NCBI GenBank assembly: GCA_009602725.1
Contig: WELB01000027.1
Coordinates: 768,288 to 819,773, forward strand
DNA from: Spirogloea muscicola
Lineage: Eukaryota
Length of the DNA stretch: 51,486 bases
Direction of reading: 5' to 3'
Positions 42,501 to 51,486 of this stretch are shown here, one piece after another; the first letter of the stretch is position 1; every line of letters begins with the position of its first letter. The translations under genes and the position numbers were made by a program. The notes under the pieces were generated by a model that saw only the letters and a program-made list of their open reading frames with translations, was not told the origin of the DNA and made no database searches.

Positions 42501-44454
42501 AAGGTGGAGGAGGGCGAGGCTGCGCAAATGGCGGCGACGCTGGTGGCTGCTGGACGGACGTGCATCGAGCGACGTGCACGTGAGGAGGCCAAACAGGCCC
42601 TTATTCGTATGAAGGATCGGTGGGCACTCTGGACACCATAACCCCCCAATCTCAGTGTCTAGAAAGTTCGAGCTTGTCTGCTTTGACTGACACATGTGCT
42701 CATTGAGGTGTTTCAAGCAGATTCAACATGGTCTTTAGCCGGGATGCGGAGTCCATGCCGCGGGTTTGGAAAGGCGACGAGGACATCCGAGCAATCACGC
42801 GGGATGCGCGCGCAGCGGTGGGCTAAGTGGACACTGTTCTCAAATGCTGCCAAACTGAGGCCGTAGTATGTGAAGGCCTTGGCTTTTGAGGTGGTCAGCT
42901 TACCAAATATAGAGCAGATTTGTGGAAGTAGTCATAATATAGATTTTGAGATCTGCAATTGTGTATGTGACAACTGACGATTGCCCCCTGTAGGCTCTGC
43001 GGTTGCTCGCCGTTGTTGCCGCGGTGCGCCTCAACGAAGAGCAACCGGATACCATAGAGCCTTCGCTTCTGTCACTGCTCTCTGATACGCGTGACAGCAC
43101 CTCCACCGACACTGCTGCAGCTCCATCTTCGTCGTACCTCACATCGTCCACGTGGGAGGCGGTGGGTCTGCGATGCAGAGGCTGCTGGTGTTCTGTCATT
43201 GCCTCTCCGTTTGAAGCTGAGAGGGTCTGACGAAGTGATACTCCATGTCACATTGACTTAACATTCACCATTTCAGTCGGCCAGCTGAATGTGCAGCAAC
43301 TGCATGCTGGCAAGGTGCAGATGCGGGAGGAGGATGTGCTCTTGTCGCCTGGCCAGTGCCGGATCCTGTGGCGGCAGCTCAAGGCCGAGACAGAGTACAC
43401 CATCAGCCAGGCCATGGCAGCGCAGGTGCGCCGGGACACTGGCTAGTGAGGCGCTTGACGGCTGACAGTCATCCTTGAAGTCCTGGGTCTGGGATTTGTG
43501 TCAGACATAGGAGGAACTTCTTTGTCACGTCTCTAGGCTAGGTTTCAGCACATATGAGCTGGCAGAGCTTGCCGATTGCAGACTGAAGCACTTGTTGTTG
43601 CTATGGCAGGAGGCAAGTCGACGAAAAGCCATGTGGCTTCCACCACCGTGGGCAATGGTCGCAATGTTTGTGCTTGGCTTCAACGAGTTCTGTGCTGCAC
43701 TTGCCTTCCTTTGGTATCTCACCTTGACTTATAAACTCAAGACTTCAGATGTATACTGAGTCACGCATGTCCACTTGACATGACTATTTTGGTGCCGTGT
43801 TGCTCTGTGCAGGGACTTTGCTTTCAACCCTATCATGTGGTTCGTCGCGGCTGCTGTCATTCTCCTCGGTCGTGCACTACTGAAGCAGATCGACCTCAGG
43901 GCAGAATTCCGACACGGCCTGGTGAGTTGCGCTTGCAGTAAGAATATCTCAAAGTGCCAATCAAAAGCTGCCAGCTTCTGGCTAACTCAATTTGCTCTAG
44001 CATTGTCCTAATGTATTATGTGCTGAACTCTAAGCTTTAGCAAGACTGTTGGAAGCAAGATATGTGAGGCTGTGATCATCTCAGCAGGCATCAATTTCTG
44101 ATGTAGCTGCATAAGCAGCGAGATGGCGAGTCACTCACTTCAATTTGAGCTGCAAGCCAAGATTGCTGATTGGAAGTCTGGGCGTGCCATGGAGTATGGC
44201 AGGTGCCTGGCCTGCTGTCAGTAAGTGCGAAGGTGGTGCCAGCCATGCTCAACGTGCTCAAGCGCCTGGCTGAGGTCAGCGAGGAGCGGTTGCACTTGAA
44301 CGGCCCCACTCATGAATCACCGGTAGCAGCAAGCGAGTTGACATCGTCAATGGGTGCCGTGCTTGACAACCCATTGGCGGCTGGCCAAGGGCCGCTGGAT
44401 GCTGCGTTGCGGCGCCGTCCATCGCCTGTGCAGGCCTCCATGGTTACAACCTGA
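39596..44454 (+). CDS. RHD3: ROOT HAIR DEFECTIVE 3 / Sey1 atlastin-like GTPase, apparently intact; exon 1 lies in the gap 39314-39447
   Basis: [104 protein letters not shown], transmembrane region [19 protein letters not shown]; stop at 44452-44454. Confidence 0.95.
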
Positions 44455-45699
44455 AGGGGCTTCTGATGGCTGTGCTCAAGACGCTTCTGCAGAGTCAGAT
44501 GCAGCATGCAAGGTCATTGGCACGCTCTGCTATATAACTGGTCACAACGGCAAGCCGTCTACTCATCAACTTGGCGCCTTGTGGACTCAGAGACCACCCT
44601 GCTGTGGCCTGCTCTACGTCGTAGACACAGCAGCAGGGCTTGTAGCGCCAAGCTCCTTCTTGAAGTTGTTGGCAGCAGAGGTTTGACGACTAGGGTTTCT
44701 GCTCCAGGACCTTGACAGGAGTGTGCGCTTATGGCAGCAAACGATTGTTGCACTCTATCAGATTCACTCAATTGAACCTCTGTGAAGCTGAAGACAATCA
44801 ATAGAGCGTAAGAGCAAAGCATGGCCAGTTGAGAACCTTGTGCTCTATTGTTAGTAAGTCTGCAAACATGTGCAAGGGCTGTGCTTCTGCAAGTTCAAGT
44901 AGTTGGCTGGATAGAGGTTGTACACTGATATATGGCAAGGTAGTCTTTGATAAGGCATCAAGCCATCAAGCCCTCTTGCCATGTCAGCAGCAACACTTGC
45001 AGGCAATACTGAGGAGCTGATGTCTGTAGAGTCAACATCACATTCTGCCTCTTGTGGGCTTAAACCTAATCCATTTTGATCTTAGTTGTGAGGGTATATC
45101 TGACTTGTCGTACTCAATGTGGTGCTTGCAGATGCCTGGGTCAGCTTGGACCGTCTTAAGTAGCTGCACGATTACAAAATGACCTGTGCTCATTATTTGG
45201 ATTGGCTTGCACTCCGTTAGCTAGCAAGCATGCCTTCCCCTCTCCTTTCTGCAAAGCATAGTGGCACTCAAAGTTCTCGCAGCACGTCCTCGAGGGTGCA
45301 GGCAGCTGCACTTGAGATGGGGTACCTTGAAGGTTACAGGAAACATGCTCCTTCCTGAGAAGAGATGCATGCTCCTTGCTGTAGCAATTGCCACACAGAC
45401 TAGAGGTGTCCTCTAGCATATGGGAATGTCACTCAGCAGTACTTACGGCAAATGCTAGAACTGGTAGGTGTCAAGGCCTAGATTCCTGTCATCCATAACA
45501 TCCTCAATGTGCCTCGCATCCAGGAGTGGCTCCTCCAGAGCAAGGCAGTGGCTACGAAAGGCAGCTCAGACAGGTGTGTGGACGAGTCATCAGAGAGAGG
45601 AAATCGCATATATTACAGCCAATCACTCAGCCAACAAGTGCTACTATGGATGGCAATGCAGTAACTCCCAGTGACCACCGCAAGCCATGATAAGTAGCT

Positions 45700-46200
45700 G
45701 ATGAAAAAGGAGTTGCCCCGCCAATAATCTGGTGGCATGAAGACACGGCCAGCACGCAGATGCATGGCCAACGGTTGGAAGCTGCAGCCAAGCCGAGGGA
45801 GGCACGCGATACGACAGGGCTAGCGAGCCCTCGGTATTGTTACCTGGCTGCTCGCCCTGCTGCCCCTGCCGTGAGGCCACCGCTTGTCTAGCAAGTCATG
45901 GAGGAGGTCATGTCAACGAGCCCCAAATACCACGAAGAACGTCAACTGCCAGCGGGACAAACTGTTCTTAAAAAACCAGCTCCGCTAGAGTAAGGCTGTG
46001 GCTCTGTGTGAGAGAGAGAATGAGAAGGCAGGCCCTGCAACGACTCCGAGGAGACAGGGCGGGGGAAGCCAAGGAGGCGGTGAACGGCCGCGCACAAGAC
46101 CTCGTCCGGCATCTGCAGTGCGCCGTAGAGATGAAGAGTCAATAGTCAGGACGCCGCGCCAGGTGAGGTCGCCGCCCGCAGCCAAGCATGCCCATGCGCG
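45700..46200 (-). mobile_element. Decayed RLE non-LTR fragments
   Basis: ALQMPDEVLCAAVHRLLG (compare 16560-16615) and GQQGEQPG..GSLA (compare 38090-38145). Confidence 0.65.
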
Positions 46201-46644
46201 CCCCTGTTCGGGAGGAGCTGCAACGCGGTCGCGAAGACCGTCTTGTCAAGCTCGGCCACATTGGCAGCCGAAGGCATTATTGATGACAATGGAAGTCCTA
46301 AAAGATTTTGAGGGAACCAGCTTTGCGAGTGCTGCAAACTATTGTCATGACTTGCCTGGCTCTGGGTGGTACTTGCAATTGCCATTTAGGACAAGTGTGC
46401 TACATGATCTACCAAGCCCCTCTGCAAGCCCCGCATTTGTTGCAGCACTTGTTGGTACATGAACCCTTAAAGAATGATGAACGAAGTCTCAAAAAGTTGC
46501 TTCATGATGTGCTTCTATTCATAGAGGCAATTGAATTTGCTATCTGCCAGGTTGTGATCTAATATGCACAAAACCTGGCACCAGCGAGAGACATCAGCCA
46601 TGCTACTACACAATTCTGCAAGAAGTATAGCTGTCCACCGCAGA

Positions 46645-49600
46645 CTATTGCTCTGAAATTGCCGCCTTGGCACGAGCGGCTTGCACATCAGAGGCGAACC
46701 CTAAGCCCTGGTCGATGGCAGCATTCAAGTCAATGGCACGGTTCCTAAGGGCCTCGTCCACGTAACGGGCGCCGCCAATGGCAATGATGCGGCTCTCCAC
46801 ATCCTCAATAAGTTGCCCCGGCGCAAGCGCCAGTTGCCCCTGCCGAAGCACTGTGACCTCGTGGCCCTCATCATTGGCTTCATCAAGAAGCTCCTGCATG
46901 GGAAGGCAGATCAAAAGGTTCAGCTGCCAATAGGACATCAGGTAAGCTTGACAGGCTTCTAAGCAAGAGTGTTGCACCTAAATGCTTTGCAAAGAACAGG
47001 GACTTTGCAAGTCACACACATTGTCCTGGTGAGCAGTCAGTACAAGCTGAAGGTAACCTCCATCAAGTACAAAATCTTAAATAGAACAATGTCCGCCATG
47101 TATGTGTGTGTACACGTGGAAACAATCTGCAGTTGCGGCCTACATGCAGCACATTTTGCACTGTCTGCAAAAACTACAGCTTCCAGGGCTGATGGGTGCA
47201 AGTAGGGCATCAATGATACCTGGGGCTTGTGCAGCTGCAGCTCTGGGAAGTCCTCATGATGCTCGTCAGAGATGCTGAGCAGGTTGCGAAAGCGCTCGGC
47301 CTCGCGGCGGTCCTCGAATGCTACTACATGCAGCCTTGCTGGGCTGTCTCCATCATCGCTGGCGGTCAAGGGGGCCATGTCCAGCGAGTACAACCCGTCT
47401 CGTCGCTCCCCATTGGACTCCATCTGCAGTGCGATGCACTGCCACACCCCCATGAGCAGCACACTGAACCATCAGATCACACTTTAAGCCTTGCTTTCAT
47501 GTTCATCAATATCATGGCAAACATGTAACTATTGCGATCCTCGAAGCATCCATGGGTATTGATGTACCCGGCAGGGAGCAGTGGGCAACATGGTAAGCAC
47601 AAGTTTGTCCTGAAAGTTTATCTGACAAATTAATTAGCTGAGAAGACAATGTGCAGGTCCAGCTACACTTACCACAACAAAGGGCAGCCTGAGCCACCAA
47701 AGGGCGTCCTCCACCTCGTCCATCTTGTAATCATGATACTTCTCCACCATCACATCCCTGCCGAAGCGTGCCTCCTGCTCCTGCAGCTTCGCTTTGCCGA
47801 TGGCAAATGCGTCATCAATGTACCTGTGAGTGGCCTCCTCCCCTCTGTCCAGGACTTTGCCAAATGCCTCAACTTCCTCCTCCGTGACCCACCGCTTGAG
47901 GTCCTTGCCGACCTCCTCCATCAGCGACTTAACCTGAATCAAGTTGCAAGGCGTGCGACGTGAGTAAGCCGTGATGGGCCATGATATGCTGAAGCCTTTG
48001 CATCCAACAAACTCAAGGCGAACGATTCTCAACCTGTGAGAAGCGGGCAGTGGAACTCAACTGAGACCGAAAGTCGAGCATCTGACCTGAGGATCGCGCT
48101 CCTGGTCATACTTTTGCTGCAAGCCAGCGGCCCAACGCCGCGTATTCTCCCATGCCGGCCCGCTGCCCGATGAGCTTGCCACAGTGTGGGGCCTGGTCGA
48201 GCTTGCAACACCCTCGTGCCCACGTGCGAGCAAGCTGCTCGATGATTCTTGGAGAGTGTTATTCGCATCTTCTTGACCAGGCAATGTTGTATTTGGCACT
48301 TCGCCTTGACTCTGACGTTGGTCGATGTTGGCGCTTCGGGCTTCGCTCTTGGAATGTGCAGCATCTGACGAGCTATTGGCCTTGCGAGCCGCTGCCTTGT
48401 ACGTCTCGAGTATGCTCTCCCGGTCCTTGCGAAACTGCCCCGAAAATGCATCACTTGGTGCCGCATGTTCCCCAGTGGCCTCCCGCAGCCGTGGCCGGTA
48501 GTCTTGGGGCAAGTCGTTCAGCGCCACACCAGCTGCATGCCACGCCACTGAGATCTACTCACTCGCCAGCAATGCACACCATACAGGCTTCCTAGCAGGT
48601 AATAACAAGCATGGAACCCTTTACCAGAAACATTGGTGGCGAATAAGCGATCTGCTGAAAATAACCTCGGCCGTAGTCAAGGTTTGCGACGTGGCTGTTG
48701 GCCAAGTCCCGCACGCGCTCGCCGACGCCAGCGTACTTGGCCTCCAGCCCTGTGAAGAAGCGGCGCTCTGCGGCGGCACTCAGGCCGTCAAAGGGCGGCC
48801 GGCCTGCAGCCTCGTTGTCCCGCACAGCAAACACAATCTCACGCAGCTCGTCGTCCTCCATCCACTCCGGCTTCTCCACAGATCCTCCCTCTATCTCTGT
48901 GGCACCCTCGTCCTCCTCCATGGAGTTCCTGCCTGCCGCTTCACCCGTCCTCCTTCCTGCCTCTGTGTTTGCAGAGCGCTCGCTTTCAATGACCTGCCTC
49001 CCACTATGTCGATCAGACCGGCTGTTGTCAGACGGCGCCCTGCTGGACCCGGGCGGTTGCGTAGAACTCTGCTCACCATCTGTGGCAACCACACGTGTAC
49101 ACAGAGTCAGGAACCTGGTAAGCATGAGAACGGGTCAACATTTACATTCCTAGCAGATTTTGTTAGATCTGAGGCTACACATAAGGATAAGCCTAGGCCC
49201 AATTTGCCATGGCAGGCACCATCGTACAGCTATTCTGGTGGACTTTCAGGGACCAAGGGTGTCATACTGTAGATGGTTAGTACAAATATGGGGTGTAGCG
49301 GCATGCAAGAGTACGACAACAATAATGACCGCAAGATTTTGAAACTGAAGCTAAGAATGTGGACTTTAGGCTGCGTGGAATAAGAGGGGTATGCTTGACA
49401 ACCAAGTGCCTTGATGATCCGAGGCCGCCTCCGCTGCCGCGTGCTTGCGCTAGGGACTGACGACGATCGGGCTGCGCCGGACTCAGCACCTGCTTCCTGC
49501 CGCAGGCTGTTCGCGCCATCTGCCTGCTGTCTAGTGCCATCCGAGTCCAGCGACTGCACTGCAGAGTGTCCGAACTGCGGCGATGTTGCTAGCCGCGCCT

Positions 49601-51401
49601 CCTGTTGCTTCTGCCACCGTGCAACCACACGCTGCCTCTCTCGTTGCTCGCGTCGAGCCTGCCGGGCATCTCCACTGTAGCCCTCGCTCGGCGGCAGCTC
49701 ACCAATATTAGCCTCGGCACCGACGGCCTCGTCGAGCGCGGCCTCGGCCGGCTGCCGCTCCTCCAGCTGCCGCAAGAAGGCCTGGTCCTGCTCCTCGCCC
49801 TGCGAGCGGCGCGCCGCCGCTGCCGCGTCCTCCCTTGCACGCGCCTCTGCCGCAACCGCGCGGATGCAGGCCGCCTTTTGCAGGTAGGCAGCATCACGTC
49901 CGTCAGGCGATGCTGCTGCCGGTGCTGCCGTCGAGGCCCGGCCCTGGAGAGCCGTCAGCACCATCCTGCTGCTATCTGCCGAGGTGAGTGCTGTCGCGGG
50001 CCTGTGGCGCACCGGCCCGTAGTCGTCATCGTCACCGTCGCTGAGGACCTCCAGCTCCTCCTCGGCATCTTCGCTGGCCGCTGTTGTTGCAGTCGCTAGA
50101 GGCCGCTGGCGGCGACTGGCCAGAGCCTTGAGCTTGCGCATGCGCAGGACCTCGTCCTCAGCCTCCCGCCGTGCTCGCTGCCGCCGCTTCTTCTCAGCCG
50201 AGATGATGGGCAGAGCCAGCACGATGCCGACCACCATGTAAGAGGTGAGCGCCAGCCCAAGTAGCTTCGCTGACGGGTGCATGCCCCTGGCATCAGGCCC
50301 GACTCCAACCCTCGCTCAGTAGTATACTACGCATGAGTGCCCGCAGCAAGGTGACAGCATGCCATGCTGGACATTGACAACTGTAAGAGGAGTGGCTACT
50401 CACGAGCCCGATTGCTACGCGGCAAAATCATACCTGGCGGCTCGCCAAGCAGCAAGCAGGGGCTTGGAGAAGCCCACCGACGCCTCCGGAACGTTCGTCA
50501 CGAACTTGCAGACGCTGCTCCACCGTGGCGGGTTCACCTGCCACGGTGAGGCAAGCAGCAGCCGTAGGCTTCAGTCACATAGCATGCAATGACTTGGTGT
50601 TGCAATTGCTCAAATTAGCTTCCAGGGCGGTGCAAACCTTGCCAGTGCGGATGTCCTCAGCATAGGCCAGAGCACGAGCCTCCATGTCGGCGGCGCGCGC
50701 CAGCTCGTCCGCGGTTGCATGCGCAGCCAGCTGCGGCAGGATCCCGCTCCGCACTTGCACCTCCTCTGTGTCCACCGTCACCTGCAGCAGCAATCAATAG
50801 GCTCAGCGTAGCCACAGACACAGCAGCCAAATCATTGAAGCTCGAGGTCGACGCTAGAAGTACAGGTCCTGGGGTTTGGGGTTTTATGACAAATGCAAGT
50901 AGGGCCTAAATCCTAAACCTTAAACACCTAAATTAGGGCTGAGCACCAGAAGGAGCCCCGGCGTGCGCATCCCCGTCGCCGTTACCGCCGCCGTCAGCCG
51001 CCGGGCGCCCTCACCTGCTGCACGGCGCCGTCGCGGTCGAGGCGGATGACAAAGACGGCGCCGAGGCCGGGCCCCCAAAGCTCGCGCTCAGCCTCGAGGT
51101 GCTCGCTGCGCTCCCGCAGCTCCCGCAGCGTGCCGTCGCGCAATTTCACCAGCCACGCCGCGACGCTGCCGCCGCCGTCGCGCGCTGGCAGCGAGGCCTC
51201 CACGGGCTCCTCGGCCGCCTCAGCGGCCGCCAGCACCGTTCTCGTCTCCACGTCGACGCCATCTCCGTCTCCGACGCCGCCGCAACCGTACCCGCCGCCG
51301 CCGCCGCCGCCAGCCTCCTCGAGAGCCGCGCCTCCGTCGGGAGCCGCGCCTCCGCCGGGCGTGGCGGTGGCCCGGCAGCTGAGCCGGGGGCGGTGCCGCA
51401 T
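46645..51401 (-). CDS. EMB1703: EMBRYO DEFECTIVE 1703-like plastid protein, multi-exon; the start may lie beyond the window
   Basis: EWMEDDELREIVFAVRDNEAAGRPPF, EEVGKDLKRWVTEEEV, WWLRLPFV, GLYSLDMA...HVVAFED and EANDEGHEVTVLRQGQL match my recollection of EMB1703 conserved blocks. The frame is open from 51401 to the window end. Confidence 0.8.
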
Positions 51402-51486
51402 AGCAGAGCCGCGGAGGCCGGCCGGAGCTGCATGCAGGCCGGCTGCTAGCGGCGGCAGGCGTCGGAGCGACCGCCGCGACGGCCCC

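Overview
Eukaryotic, GC-rich, intron-dense genomic scaffold. The gene set, especially an EMB1703-like gene, suggests a streptophyte green alga or plant; this is inference. Six spliced housekeeping genes are recognisable: a mitochondrial-carrier-family transporter, solanesyl diphosphate synthase, peroxisomal-type citrate synthase, a plastid phosphate translocator (PPT-like), RHD3/Sey1 GTPase and EMB1703-like. A partial RsmE methyltransferase gene is also present. Several 5' ends are lost in N gaps. Between about 16 kb and 39 kb lies an accessory region with three components. (i) Three intron-retaining decayed duplicates of RHD3 upstream of the intact copy; two carry long fold-back hairpins made of RHD3 sequence. 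(ii) More than a dozen 5'-truncated fragments of a non-LTR retrotransposon family with a restriction-like endonuclease (CRE/R2-type). At least three subfamilies share the C-terminus SDLxxLxRGY*. Copies are nested into each other with clear 7-13 bp target-site duplications, including 26-67 nt inserts of only the 3' terminus and two opposite-orientation insertions at the same palindromic site. (iii) Copia-like gag remnants, one carrying a ~340 nt hairpin. All calls were made by eye from the sequence; exon boundaries are inferred from splice dinucleotides and reading frame.
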